Of a stretch of 64,000 bases of DNA, positions 38,232 through 51,815 are shown in pieces. A program made the translations under genes and the position numbers. Under the pieces are notes generated by a model. That model did no database searches. It was not told the origin of the DNA and was given only the letters and a program-made list of their open reading frames with translations. Source of the DNA: Macrostomum lignano (lineage: Eukaryota); contig NIVC01000163.1 of the NCBI GenBank assembly GCA_002269645.1, positions 62,001 to 126,000 of the forward strand. The letters are read 5' to 3'. Each line of letters opens with the position of its first letter. Position 1 is the first letter of the stretch.

Positions 38232-38593
38232 CTCTCAATCGCGATGGCCATGAAGGTGAAGACGGACAGCGAGATCGAAAATGTGGTCATAAAATTGGAC
38301 ACTCGGCAGTAAAACAGACCGAATTTCCAATTCTGCTCCAGAGTGTAGATAACGTTGGGCACAACTTGCAGCGTCACGACCATCAGATCCGAGATGCTCA
38401 AGTTGAGCAAGAAAAAGTTAGTAATTATTCGCATCTTTGTGTGGGCCACAATGACCCAGATGACTAATGAATTGCCGACAATTGAGATGCACATAATGGC
38501 AAAGAAGGCCGCCCAAATGAAAGCTCGACTGGCCGTCCCGAAGCTATGGACTCCAGTCGGTGCGCCACTTGATGTAGTGTTGTTGTAGCTCAT
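38232..38593 (-). CDS. Tachykinin/natalisin-receptor-like GPCR exon 1 (TM1-TM3)
   Basis: MSYNNTT...GNSLVIWVIVAHTKMRIITNFFLLNLSISDL...WKFGLFYCRVSNF...AIAIER|GTGAGT; phase 2. Confidence 0.92.
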
Positions 38594-38691
38594 GCTGATT
38601 CTGCAAACGTTTATCGTCCGGAGTGGGAGCTAATAAGTAAAAATTTGAGTCACCTGTAGAAAATAGAAAGTATTCGCAAATTGGTTACAAT

Positions 38692-39955
38692 CATCTGAAG
38701 AATGCAATGGAAGAGTGGAGTGTTGGCTGCAATCCAGCTGAATAATGCAATGGAAGAGTGGAATGTTGGCTGCAATCTAGCTGAAGAATCCAATGGAAGA
38801 GTGGAATGTTGGTTGCAATCCAGCTGAAGAATCCAATGGAAGAGTGGAATGTTGGTTGCAATCCAGCTGAATAATGCAATGGAAGAGTGGAATGTTGGCT
38901 GCAATCCAGCTGAAGAATCCAATGGAAGAGTGGAATGTTGGTTGCAATCCAGCTGAAGAATCCAATGGAAGAGTGGAATGTTGGTTGCAATCCAGCTGAA
39001 GAATGCAATGGAAGAGTGGAATGTTGGTTGCAATCCAGCTGAAGAATGCAATGGAAGAGTGGAATGTTGGTTGCAATCCAGCTGAAGAATGCAATGGAAG
39101 AGTGGAATGTTGGTTGCAATCCAGCTGAAGAATGCAATGGAAGAGTGGAATGTTGGCTGCACTCCAGCTGAAGAATGCAATGGAAGAGTGGAATGTTGGC
39201 TGCAATCCAGCTGAAGAATGCAATGGAAGAGTGGAATGTTGGCTGCAATCCAGCTGAAGAATGCAATGGAAGAGTGGAATGTTGGCTGCAATCCAGCTGA
39301 AGAATGCAATGGAAGAGTGGAATGTTGGCTGCACTCCAGCTGAAGAATGCAATGGAAGAGTGGAATGTTGGCTGCAATCCAGCTGAAGAATGCAATGGAA
39401 GACGAGTGTTGGCTGCAATCCAGCTGAAGAATGCAATGGAAGACGAATGTTGGCTGCAATCCAGCTGAAGAATGCAATGGAAGAGTGGAATGTTGGCTGC
39501 AATCCAGCTGAAGAATGCAATGGAAGAGTGGAATGTTGGCTGCAATCCAGCTGAAGAGTGCAATGGAAGAGTGGAATGTTGGCTGCAATCCAGCTGAAGA
39601 ATGCAATGGAAGAGTGGAATGTTGGCTGCAATCCAGCTGAAGAATGCAATGGAAGAGTGGAATGTTGGCTGCAATCCAGCTGAAGAATGCAATGGAAGAC
39701 GAATGTTGGCTGCAATCCAGCTGAAGAATGCAATGGAAGAGTGGAATGTTGGCTGCAATCCAGCTGAAGAATGCAATGGAAGAGTGGAATGTTGGCTGCA
39801 ATCCAGCTGAAGAGTGCAATGGAAGAGTGGAATGTTGGCTGCAATCCAGCTGAAGAATGCAATGGAAGAGTGGAATGTTGGCTGCAATCCAGCTGAAGAA
39901 TGCAATGGAAGAGTGGAATGTTGGCTGCAATCCAGCTGAAGAATGCAATGGAAGA
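38692..39955. repeat. 43-bp minisatellite upstream of GPCR
   Basis: Unit GAATGCAATGGAAGAGTGGAATGTTGGCTGCAATCCAGCTGAA. Confidence 0.95.
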
Positions 39956-42199
39956 TAACGATATACGATATACAAATCCCATTGACTGAGGAATCCCAAG
40001 ATCCCAATCGGAGCCTTGCAAGTGACTCGCTGCGCTTGGAAAAAGAAACGGTTATTTTGAAACAAGCCAGTTGTTTATATTGAATTCCCCGTTCTATTCT
40101 AGAAAAGAAACGCACACTTGTCATGGCTGACTGCGCAAAACTATAACTCGAAAGCGTTATATGCTGCCAACAGGTAAACCTAGATATTGCCTTTTTGGAA
40201 AGAAGATTTTCTTTGGACTCCCCACTTCTGGAGCACCGCGGAGGTCATGGTAGCTCGTAGCTCGTAAGTTTCCGCAGCCGAAGCGAAAAAAGTCGGAGCC
40301 GGTTCCCCAGAAAGGGCTTAAGTTTTAGCTATGCTTATTGCTACGTAACATAAAGTCTGGAAATAATATAGAATGACTACAGAAACATTAAAAATGATGG
40401 TAGCTAGATACGAGTATTCCTGTCAAAATACAGCGCGTGCGGAGCGAACATTTCATGTGGCTGCATCTCCTACGCCTAGCATCTTGTTTTTATGCTTTTA
40501 TGACTGGATCGTATTGATTCCATTATGGCAACAAAAAACAATATTTTTTCAACTCCCAAATATCTTCCTGTTTTGCGACAATTTTTACTGCAAAGATAGA
40601 CAGATTTTAAGACAGCATGACTTGTCATGACAAGTTGTATGCGATGCTTTGAAAGCGAAACAAATCCCACAAAATCCGAATGTCATGGTTGTCTCGATAA
40701 AATTTGATTTCAGCTATATAAGAAGTATGTTAGGGACTAAAGCTACGGATTCACAATCGCAAGTCCACCTGCACTCTTAGCGTAGAGAGCCCCATAATGC
40801 TCCATAATGAGTAATACACTCGTAGAGAGCCCCCGTACAACAATCCCACGAAGTCAACAGACGCTTTCTACATCCTGCGCTGTCGATGGCAAAAAACTAC
40901 TTTTACTTTACGCCGACGTTCACCGATGCTAGTAAAAATATCAGACGGCAAATAACAAATAATGTTCGAAATAAGTACGAGCGTAAAAAAGTACAAAAGA
41001 TGCACTTCGACATTATCTTGTGTAATGTAAAAATAGTTATTTGCCATAGACTTTGGTCACATTGGTTGCTGGTTCCGGAATGTTGTCTAGTCGAAAACCA
41101 AATTAAACACGGCGACACACGTAGAAAGCCTCGAAAAATTAAAATCAAAGACAACCAGCTTTCAACTGCTTAAAGTCATGTCGCTGTAAGAGCCAATACT
41201 TAATCCAAAATATTAAAAAAATGAGCGTATCAGTTTACATACAATATACAATTATTCGCCTCACGTCCGTCATTTACAAACGACGACAGCTTTAAACAGC
41301 TTAGTAGTGACGGCAAAAAACTAAAGAAAATCGCACAATTCACAAATAGCTTCAAGGTGCGACGGTGGATAGGTTAAATCTCGTGGGTACCCGCGGTGGT
41401 TAGTCAAAGGTCAGTCAGAGAGGCTTGCAGGCAGAAAGTGACAAAAACCTTTTTTTTCAGCGTGGATCCAGGTGGGAAAATCGAATTGACTGCTAAGGCA
41501 GGGAAAATTTTAGGCGGAAAAATGCAACCTTTTTCCACCTGCCAAATCGACTTTTCGCAGTTTAGAAAGTTAAGCCGAAGCTGCAAATCTTTGTGGTGTA
41601 TATTAATGGCAAATAGTGTATTCACGTTTTAAAGATTTAAGCTTATAACTATACTGTACGAGCCTCGTACAAAGCAGTACATTGCTGAAGAATAGCACTT
41701 ATAAAAGTAGAGGAGGTACGCACAAACAAGATCAAATAAGAATAGATCCTTGATGTCTTTTCCGTTCTGTTTACTCAAGATTGATGATTAATTAAGCCTC
41801 GACCCTTTACTGACTTATCTTCTGCTTCCGCTCCTGTCTCTGCTTCCGTAAGCGGAACAGTTGCTAATCGAAATTTGAGACCGAAAATGAGCAAGCTGAC
41901 AAAACAGCCTTTACTATTGAAAGAAATTGCATTTCATAAGCCACTTTATATGCTAATTTTAAATCAAATAATGCTCTCATCTTTATATATCCTTAATCAC
42001 TCTTTCCGATCCAGATGCTATTAACCTTAACAATTCCTGTTCTAACCGGAATCGCAGAGCCCAGGGCCAAGGACTACAGGAGAAAGTAAAATCGCTTGGG
42101 ATGGATCAAATGGCCACTCGGAACGTTAGGCAGGGGCCTCGCCACATCCGATGTGTGGCGCCCTCTTGCACTCGCACTGGAGCACTTTGGCGGTAGAGC

Positions 42200-42515
42200 C
42201 CACTCAAATGAAATGGCACCCCACTCAAATGAAATGGCGCCCCACTCAAATGAAATGGCGCCTAACTCAAATGAAATGGCGCCCCACTCAAATGAAATGG
42301 CACCCCACTCAAATGAAATGACGCCCCACTCAAATGAAATGGCACCCCACTCAAATAAAATGGCGCCCCACTCAAATGAAATGGCATCCCACTCAAATGA
42401 ACTGGCGCCCCACTCAAATGAAATGGGGCCCCACTCAAATGAAATGGCGCCCCACTCAAATGAAATGGCGCCCCACTCAAATGAAATGGCACCCCCACTC
42501 AAATGAAATGGCGCC
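42200..42515. repeat. 21-bp minisatellite
   Basis: Unit CCCACTCAAATGAAATGGCGC. Confidence 0.95.
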
Positions 42516-44242
42516 CCTAAAATAATAATAAACTCACTCAAGTATTACAGCATGCTAGCATACTCGCTGCATAAGCGCCTAGTAGATTTCTATCTCGCGA
42601 TTGTATTCGAGAAGCAAAGCTGGTTCATTAAATCTGCATAATAATCGTGAGAATGCGTCCTCTAACAGCCCCCTGTGGTCCATGTTTATTTGCCCATTCT
42701 CACAAAAATGAAAGTACTTTAGAAAGTTTCGTTGTGTCCGTGCTCAGGATAGAATTCAAATGTGCTGCTAACAAAATCACACATGGTCGCTCCGGCCACC
42801 TCATGCGATGCGCCATGGCAGCGATCGGATGTCCCTAGAGGCATTCATCACCTGATCCCGGATGCGGCGCTTTCGCTCCGCCTATTATCGACCAATCTGG
42901 TGATGAAACCCAAGGCTGAGGAGAGAACTTTCCTGTTTAGCCCCTAAGCCTTGGTTCAGTTTTGATTCTGGGCCTACGGGTCCGGCATCAAGTGCCCTGC
43001 CTGTTTGTTGCTTCTACCAACGCGCCGGAGCCACAGAAACCACACAGTCAAGTAATTTGTATATTGCATTTTCTATCATTCCATTCAATCCCACAAATCT
43101 GCGTCTGACCCTCTGGAATCAGCTGCTGGTCCCCGGGTATCATCTATCAACTGGATATCTCTGCAGAGTAGAACTGAAAGCCTGCTATTATAAACACCGA
43201 TAGCACTGCACTATGGTCGGCTTTTTCAGCTGCTTTTGTTTGAAGCAAATCAGTTAGGTAAGTGAACTAAGGGGGTGGGGGCCTATGGAGATAGTGTAAC
43301 AACTCCAACAGCGCCATCTCTTGCAAATGTCACTCAATTTCCAACCGCGCCCCGCCAGCAATCAGTCAGGGTCTGTGGCAGGGATAAACAGAGGCAGAGT
43401 CTTCCTCTCCCAGACACCCGGCTTCCAATAATTCACTGCCGGGCCGGCCGAAGAGCATCGCGACTGACCAGTTCGCCCGATTCGGTGCCCGAAAAAAAAC
43501 CGACAGCAATTAACAGACGTTTGAAAGGTGGGAAAGTTGGGATCAGAGAATTTATACTGAAGGAGAAATTACTGGGCTATAATCCTCTTACCACCTCCAG
43601 CCGCAGAGCCTTGTAGGAGCCTCTGCTTCTGCCTTGTATTGCAATAGGAATTCGCCTAAAACACACTATTGTTCCGATTTATCCAAGCGATGCCTAAAAG
43701 CAGAAATCTCTCCCCCAACAAGCCTTGAGCAGCTACTCGCCCCCTTTTCCATCTTCTGTCTCGGGAATGCGTTTAGACCCCCTAGCACTGCTTCATGGCG
43801 TCCATTGTTCTACGCTGTCTCCAAACGAAATTGTTTTCAAAGAAGAAATTCTTTTTGAGTACGAGTTATCTCACTGTCTGTCCTCTCGTGTGCATTCGGG
43901 TGTAAATTCAGATTCAGGATCACGAATTGACGGGAGAAGAAAGCGACTCTGGATTATTATTAGTAAGCTGCAGGTGAGACCAAAACAATAGAACGTATTT
44001 GATATGCGCTATTGATCAAATTAACTGGAATCAAGAGTCACTTGCTCTAAAATGCTCTAAGTGGGCCTGTCTGCGAGCGAGGCTGAGCACTTGGGCTCAA
44101 TGCAAATCCAGGGCAAATAGTTAGCTGCAGAGAAGTTCAACGACTCTTGCGCTAAAGTCAGCGGGTGCATTTCTCACCTATGAGGAGTGCACCTGCGTAC
44201 TTTATCTGTGTCCGTATGCGCGCTGAGGGTCAGATGAAATTT

Positions 44243-44430
44243 AGGGGCTTGCAGAGGTCAGAGCGTCGGACTCGTGACTTGAAGGTCGAGGGATCGATTC
44301 TCGACACACTGGGAACAATTTGTGTCCTTGAGCAAGGCACTTAACTCTGCATTTCTTCAGTCCACCCGGCTGTAAAATGCAGGGTGCCAGCATCGGCTGA
44401 GGCAATTGAGGGTGTGTGGCGACTTCGCCA
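44243..44430 (+). mobile_element. same SINE family, copy 2 (3' truncated or diverged)
   Basis: tRNA-like head, then GTGTCCTTGAGCAAGGCACTTAACTCTGCATT..CAGTCCACCCGGCTGTAAAATG and GAGGGTGTGTGGCGAC, shared with copy 1. Confidence 0.7.
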
Positions 44431-44959
44431 AGAACCGGGGCAGCCTTCAGAGGGCAGGGCAGGTGTAATCGATGATTATAATTATCAGAGGTCAAAAGAA
44501 ATCCTTCAGAAAACAACCAAAGAGCCAATGTTTTACAGAGAAGCAAATAGAAAAGAATTTTCTCTAATTCGATGTCCTGAAAATATTTTGTCGCTATTAT
44601 TTATGCAGCGAAAAATTGATCACTGACCTTGGGTTGAAGCTCAGAAGTTGTAGGCGATAGAGATACTCAAAGGCCTTTGAAAAATAGACTACGATAGGCA
44701 ACAATAATTGAAATAGCAAATTATATTTTTGCCTGCTTTTGCTTTCAAAGAGAAATTTTGCCTAGAAAGCAGGTCAGCTTTCCACAGAACCATTTTAAGC
44801 TGCCTGCTCCTGCCCTGTGCCTACAGGCTGAACACACTCGATTGGCTTTGGCCTCTGGGGGTGTCGGGGAGAGGGGGCCGCCAATGCTGGACTGCTGCAG
44901 AGCGAGGTGAGACTGCGAGGGTCGACAGTTTTTGAAGGTGAGACTTAATGGCGAGACTT

Positions 44960-45500
44960 TTGTGTAATAAGACCTCAAGGTTAAGACTTTGGTAGTAAGA
45001 CCTTGAGGTTGAGACTTTGGTATCAATAGTATGACTTTGAGGCTGAGACTTTTGTAGTAAGACTTTGAGGTTGAGACTTTGGTAGTAAGACTCGTTGAGA
45101 CTTTGGTAATAAGACCTTGAGGTTGAGACTCTGGTAGAAAGACTTTGAGATTGAGGCTTTGGTAGTAAGACTTTCAGGTTGAGACTTTGGTAGTAAGACT
45201 TTGAGATTGAGGCTTTGGTAGTAAGACTTTCAGGTTGAGACTTTGGTAGTAAGACCTTGAGGTTGAGACTGTGGTAGTATGACTTTGAGGTTGAGACTGT
45301 GGTAGTATGACTTTGAGGTTGAGACTGTGGTAGTATGACTTTTGAGGTTGAGACTTTGGTAGTAAGACTTTGAGGTCGAGATTGTGGTAGTAAGACTTTG
45401 GGTTTGAGACTTCGATAGTAAGACTTTGAGGTTGAGACTTTGGTAGTAAGACTTTGAGGTTGAGACTTTGGTAGTAAGACTTTGAGGTTGAGACTTCAAT
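44960..45500. repeat. 28-bp minisatellite
   Basis: Unit GACTTTGGTAGTAAGACTTTGAGGTTGA. Confidence 0.9.
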
Positions 45501-46907
45501 GTTGAAGGCATTTGACGAGGAGACTTCGAAGGTGAGACCTGTAAGACTGTGGGGGCTTCTTGAGACTTTAAAGATTCTTAGGGATGAGACCTCAAGGGGG
45601 GGGTGACATGAGCAAGACAGTGAGTCATTCTGCAGTCGCTTCATCAGTTTAATCAAAGTTAACATTCAAACGAGGCTCTGCAGGACATCGAGTGGGTGGT
45701 TCAGGCAGAACATTCTGACCTGTGCTTGGTTAAAGTTAGTCCTGCATGCAAAGAAAGCGAAAGTTAATAATTAAATAAATTTTCGGGTGTACTGAGGGAA
45801 ACGTATTGCTCAATTACGTGGCCAGGAGTGGTAAAGCAATTAGCATTCTTTGGCCTGATTTGCGGCCCCAGCGCAAGGAATCCTTTAGTCATTAGGATTT
45901 GTCGTTATCTCATCAAAAGATTTCTGTTGAGTTCCTAACCTTAGGGTCCTGTCTCCCTTGTTAGGGATTCTTCCCGAAGCCCCAATAAAGAATTGCACCG
46001 CGCCCAGCAGCCAACCCAAGGAGGCCGAGAGACAGGAACTGGAGTCACAACGTCTCCCAACCCCTCCCCTTTTCAGACGACTGTAGGCTGACTGCTGACG
46101 GATTGTAGGCCTATAGCTACAGATTTTCCGTCTGCCCTGGGCTAACCACGCAGCCTACAGTGTTGTCTATGGCCGATGGGGAAGGCAACGAAGGGAAAAG
46201 TACAACCACAATCAAGCTTATAGTAACTGCTACAGGCCTTTTGAGCCGACGAGAATGCGTCGGAATCGTCCACCATCCTGACACCGCTTGTCATCTGATG
46301 CACCCTGACCGCATGGCTTTACTCTTCTTGGTTTCACGTCTTCCGATGTCAGCCTACGTTGCCTAAAGATGATTTGGTTTGTGGGAGACCCGCAAGCGAT
46401 CCAGCATCCCGTTCCAGACCTTCTTGTGTAAAGCTACCGGGCATAAATTTATCCTTTCATCAATGTTAACTTTTGCGCGTGCCAAGGTAATTTACATCCC
46501 CGGCCAATGCAGTTCCTAGATGAAAAGCTGAAATACCGAATATGATTTTATCTGGCCATACATTCGGCCATTGTTGATTTCTTTATGGCTCCTGACTAGT
46601 GTGGTAGCAGGTTGGTGGCTTATTAGCAATAGTGCCAGAAAATATATCATCAAGAATTTGTTTAAGTACGTCGCGGGGCGCAATATATTACCACTGCGCA
46701 GTTCTTATCTTGCACTGTCTATACCTGTATTTTGGCGTTCAAAGAGCTGTCTGCGCGGCACTTCAAAAATTTGAGAAAAAATATGCAGAGAGATTTAACG
46801 CGAAATTCCAGAGTCGCTGCGTCGTCTGACTCGGGGCTTGCATGACTTCATAGTCAATATTGCATTTTATGTGCCATTTTGTCCTGCGTTGGTATGAATA
46901 TTGTTTA

Positions 46908-47540
46908 CACAGAGACAGACACGATTACACAGAAACAGAAATGACTGCACAGAGAGAGCTGACTACACAGACAGACATGACTACACAGACAGACATGACT
47001 ACACAGACAGACATGACTACACAGACAGACATGACTACACAGACAGACATGACTACACAGACAGACATGATTACACAGAAACAGAAATGACTGCACAGAC
47101 AGACATGACTACACAGACAGACATGACTACACAGACAGACATGACTACACAGACAGACATGATTTCACAGACAGACATGACTACACAGACAGACATGATT
47201 ACACAGACAGACATGACTACACAGACAGACATGATTACACAGACAGACATGACTACACAGACAGACATGATTACACAGACAGACATGACTACACAGACAG
47301 ACATGATTTCACAGACAGACATGATTTCACAGACAGACATGACTACACAGACAGACATGATTACACAGACAGACATGACTACACAGACAGACATGATTAC
47401 ACAGACAGACATGACTACACAGACAGACATGATTTCACAGACAGACATGATTTCACAGACGCAGGCATTATTACACAGACGCAGACATTATTACACAGAC
47501 GCAGACATTATTACACAGACGCAGACATTATTACACAGAC
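46908..47540. repeat. 18-bp minisatellite
   Basis: Unit CACAGACAGACATGACTA. Confidence 0.95.
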
Positions 47541-47909
47541 GCATTACTACAAGCGGACACGGTTCAACGAAAGTGCTGGGAAATTTTCCTGTCCAACGAA
47601 GCCAAGTTTGTCACTCGAACGCGACATCAGTGAAACCAGCCCTTGTACTTTAATTTTCGTTTAAATTTTCGAGGGGTAAGTTGCAACATCCATGGTGAAG
47701 GCCGGCTGTCGGGTGTGTACACTGACGGCATTAAATTTCAAGCTGGCCGCCAAATATCGAAAAGGATTGAGATTTTAAAGTAGGCTTCCAATTGCGACTA
47801 TTTAAGTGCATAAACCTTGGACACGGGATTGAAGTCAGATTGCAGTTAACTTCAGATTCTCTGCTATAAAACGTTGGATAGAAAAAGTCCAATATTTATT
47901 GCTAATACA

Positions 47910-49880
47910 GAGATTAGTGACACGAAATTACAGAAATTAGTGACACGAAATTACAGAAATTAGTGACACAAAATTACAGAAATTAGTGACACAAAATTAC
48001 AGAAATTAGTGACACAAAATTACAGAAATTAGTGACACAAAATTACAGAAATTAGTGACGCCAAAGTACAGAAATTAGGGACACCAAAGTACAGAAATTA
48101 GGGACAACAAAGTACAGAAATTAGTGACACCAAAGTACAAAAGTTGGTGACACCAAATTACAGAAATTAGTGACACCAAAGTACAAAAGTTGGTGACACC
48201 AAAGTACAGAAATTAGGGACACCAAAGTACAGAAATTAGGGACACCAAAGTACAGAAATTAGGGGCACCAAAGTACAGAAATTAGTGACACCAAATTACA
48301 GAAATTAGTGACACCAAAGTACAAAAGTTGGTGACACCAAATTACAGAAATTAGGGGCACCAAAGTACAGAAATTAGTGACACCAAATTACAGAAATTAG
48401 TGACACCAAAGTACAAAAGTTGGTGACACCAAATTACTGAAATTAGGGACACCAAAGTACAGAAATTAGTGGCACCAAAGTACAGAAATTAGGGACACCA
48501 AAGTACAGAAATTAGGGACACCAAAGTACAGAAATTAGGGACACCAAAGTACAGAAATTAGTGACACCAAAGTACAGAAATTAGTGACACCAAAGTACAG
48601 AAATTAGGGACACCAAATTACAGAAATTAGGGACACCAAAGTACAGAAATTAGGGACACCAAAGTACAGAAATTAGTGACACCAAAGTACAGAAATTAGT
48701 GACACCAAAGTACAGAAATTAGGGACATCAAATTACAGAAATTAGGGACACCAAAGTACAGAAATTAGTGACACCAAAGTACAGAAATTAGTGACACCAA
48801 AGTACAGAAATTAGTGGCACCAAAGTACAGAAATTAGGGACACCAAAGTACAGAAATTAGGGACACCAAATTACAGAAATTAGGGACACCAAAGTACAGA
48901 AATTAGGGACACCAAAGTACAGAAATTAGGGACAACAAAGTACAGAAATTAGTGACACCAAAGTACAAAAGTTGGTGACACCAAATTACAGAAATTAGTG
49001 ACACCAAAGTACAAAAGTTGGTGACACCAAAGTACAGAAATTAGGGGCACCAAAGTACAGAAATTAGTGACACCAAAGTACAGAAATTAGGGGCACCAAA
49101 GTACAGAAATTAGTGACACCAAATTACAGAAATTAGTGACACCAAATTACAGAAATTAGTGACACCAAAGTACAGAAATTAGTGACACCAAAGTACAGAA
49201 ATTAGTGACACCAAAGTACAGAAATTAGTGACACCAAAGTACAGAAATTAGTGACACCAAAGTACAGAAATTAGGGACACCAAAGTACAGAAATTAGTGA
49301 CACCATAGTACAGAAATTAGGGACACCAAAGTACAGAAATTAGGGGCACCAAAGTACAGAAATTAGGGACACCAAAGTACAGAAATTAGGGACACCAAAG
49401 TACAGAAATTAGGGACACCAAAGTACAGAAATTAGGGACACCAAATTACTGAAATTAGGGACACCAAAGTACAGAAATTAGGGACACCAAATTACAGAAA
49501 TTAGGGACACCAAATTACTGAAATTAGGGACGCCAAAGTACAGAAATTAGGGACATCAAATTACAGAAATTAGGGACACCAAAGTACAGAAATTAGGGGC
49601 ACCAAAGTACAGAAATTAGGGACACCAAAGTACAGAAATTAGGGACACCAAAGTACAGAAATTAGGGACACCAAAGTACAGAAATTAGGGACACCAAATT
49701 ACAGAAATTAGGGACACCAAATTACTGAAATTAGGGACGCCAAAGTACAGAAATTAGGGACATCAAATTACAGAAATTAGGGACACCAAAGTACAGAAAT
49801 TAGGGACACCAAAGTACAGAAATTAGTGACACCAAAGTACAGAAGTTGGTGACACCAAATTACAGAAATTAGTGACGCCA
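47910..49880. repeat. 23-bp minisatellite (about 2 kb)
   Basis: Unit GACACCAAAGTACAGAAATTAG(G/T). Confidence 0.95.
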
Positions 49881-50682
49881 AAATGTCACCTTAATATTGC
49901 TTAGCAATTTTTACCCCACAGTCAGGCAGTTAAACATTTCTCCAGCCTTAAACTCTGCGTCGACATATCCAGAATCTGGCACAAAATCCTTCATGCCTCC
50001 TCGTTATCCCTGGTCGCTTTCGGGAGTTAATTTGGTCCTCTATTTCCGACGAGCCAATCACGGGGAGAATTTACTGATCTGGCGTCTCTCAGATCCTGCA
50101 TGCCTGGCCTACACTATTGTGGGTGCTGGAGAAGTATTAGGTAGGCAAAATGACCAAAAGGCTACCGGCAATTATCTATCTTGTAGGTATACTGTATATT
50201 TTATAGCATTAGATTCGGCGCATATGATCTCGAGAAGCTGGGGCAGTTGGGGCAGAAATAAAATACGGGTTTCAATTTCGCAGCTGACCCTACACGCGTT
50301 CAAGGGTCTGACGTTCTGGTCCTCGGGTTTTACTCAATCTGCCCGAGTCCCAGTGTGGGGCGGTTGCAGAATTAATCATCAAATCTGAGGGGCCAGGCCC
50401 GGCTAGAGGCGCCCCGATCCGAGCCAACTGCGAACCAAATCGGACCAAAAATAATTGAGAGGAAAGTTTATTTTTGAGAAGGCCGCGTGCTCAGGAACTG
50501 ATAAAGAAACGCGTTCAATATTTGCCCAAGTCCCATTCAACTATTGCTTGAGCGTCACATTTTCTTGGCCTGCGTGTTTCTTTTTACGAAAACTGCATGG
50601 TCGCGAATCTACCGTCTAGAGAATTTTTTATATTAACTATCTATCTATCTACTATCGAAGGATTCTTACTTTGAAAATTTAG

Positions 50683-50934
50683 ATCAACTATAAAGTGCAA
50701 AAAAGTGCCGCTTTGAATGCTTTCACAGTCGACCAATTGTGGAAACAGGTTGGTTGTCATGCATCTACCGCCGCACATCAATTCCAATGCTCCGACGACT
50801 TGTCAATACATTTTTACGATACACAGAATTTCAATATTGCGTCGAGAGGGACTTCAGTTAAACAACAGCTGGTGCGACTGTTTTTTGACAACAACGCCGA
50901 AACGGAGCGGAGAGGAGTGCTGCTACATGGATGA
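50683..50934 (+). CDS. possible small exon pair of unknown product
   Basis: atttag|50683-50748|GTTGGT and acacag|50827-50934 (TGA), both phase 0. No recognisable domain, and the intron is itself in frame. Confidence 0.2.
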   Translation: MNYKVQKSAALNAFTVDQLWKQVGCHASTAAHQFQCSDDLSIHFYDTQNFNIASRGTSVKQQLVRLFFDNNAETERRGVLLHG

Positions 50935-51269
50935 CTATACTCCATCAAACTGTTGGGAGGAGCGGCGTTCAATGCGCCACTCTCTCACCTAGAGTTAAAA
51001 CTGTCTCTTGCAAGGTTCCACTTCTGATTGCAACCCCGGGTGGAGATGTTGGTGGATGATATATAGAGAGGCCAAAAGTGCTGCTGCTGTTACTGTTGCT
51101 AATCCGACGCAAGGAATGCCATCAACATGGCTGCGTTTTGGTGCAAACCGAGCGAGCGCGTGTGACACTTCGAAATTTCGAAAAAAATTGCTTGCGCAGA
51201 GAGACACTTGCGCAGTTTTTAAGGGGAGGAATTTAATTTTAACCGATTCCAACACTTTTTGTAAAAATA

Positions 51270-51370
51270 ATAACAAAATTCTGGACCCCAAATCCCGGGA
51301 TCGGAACTCTCGGGATTTGGGCCCAGTCCTTGGATTTCGTGATCCCGGGATCCCGGGATTGGAATCCCTA
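51270..51370 (-). mobile_element. hAT-type MITE end (CGGGAT subrepeats)
   Basis: The minus strand begins TAGGGATTCCAATCCCGGGATCCCGGGA. The partner end and TSD were not found. Confidence 0.4.
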
Positions 51371-51574
51371 GTTATGAGCAAAGCATATGTATTCTTAGAC
51401 GACTAGCAGTTCAAGTGAGTTCTTAGCAGCCGCTTTCTATCTAAGCTGTTCTGTTATTTTTAACAGATTCTAATAAATTTAATGATTTAATAAAGGGGCC
51501 TGTCAAAAGCCAAAAGTCCTAAGCTAGATAGAATGGAGTGGTGGCTTTGTGTCTGATAGTCAGAGACGGAATAA

Positions 51575-51815
51575 GATGGGGTAGTGGGTTTGTGCACGAT
51601 AGCCAGGGGTGGCGGGGTGGCGTGTTTGTGCCCGAAAGCCTGAGATAGAAAAACATGGGGTGGTGGGTTTGTGCCCGACAGCCTGAGATAGAAAAACATG
51701 GGGTGGTGGTTTTGTGCGCAACAGCCAGAGGTAGAAAAACATGGCTGGGGTGATGCTTTCGCGCGCTCGATAGTCAAAAAGCGGAATAAAATGGGGTGGT
51801 GGGTTTGTGCGCGAT
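51575..51815. repeat. degenerate about 44-bp repeat
   Basis: GGGGTGGTGGGTTTGTGCCCGACAGCCTGAGATAGAAAAACAT-like units, about 4-5 copies. Confidence 0.7.

Noticed and set aside
38650-40124. Long ORFs of 414-477 aa in three minus-strand frames
   Set aside because: They are translations of the 43-bp minisatellite, which lacks stops on that strand. No domain is present.
42640-46830. Short ORFs and isolated AG/GT pairs (e.g. 43912-43973, 46630-46840)
   Set aside because: No recognisable domains and no consistent multi-exon model. A poorly conserved gene cannot be excluded.
49921-50390. Weak resemblance to a LINE reverse transcriptase (CVDISRIWHKILH) and possible exons
   Set aside because: The match is too short and degenerate, and no phase-consistent exon chain was found.
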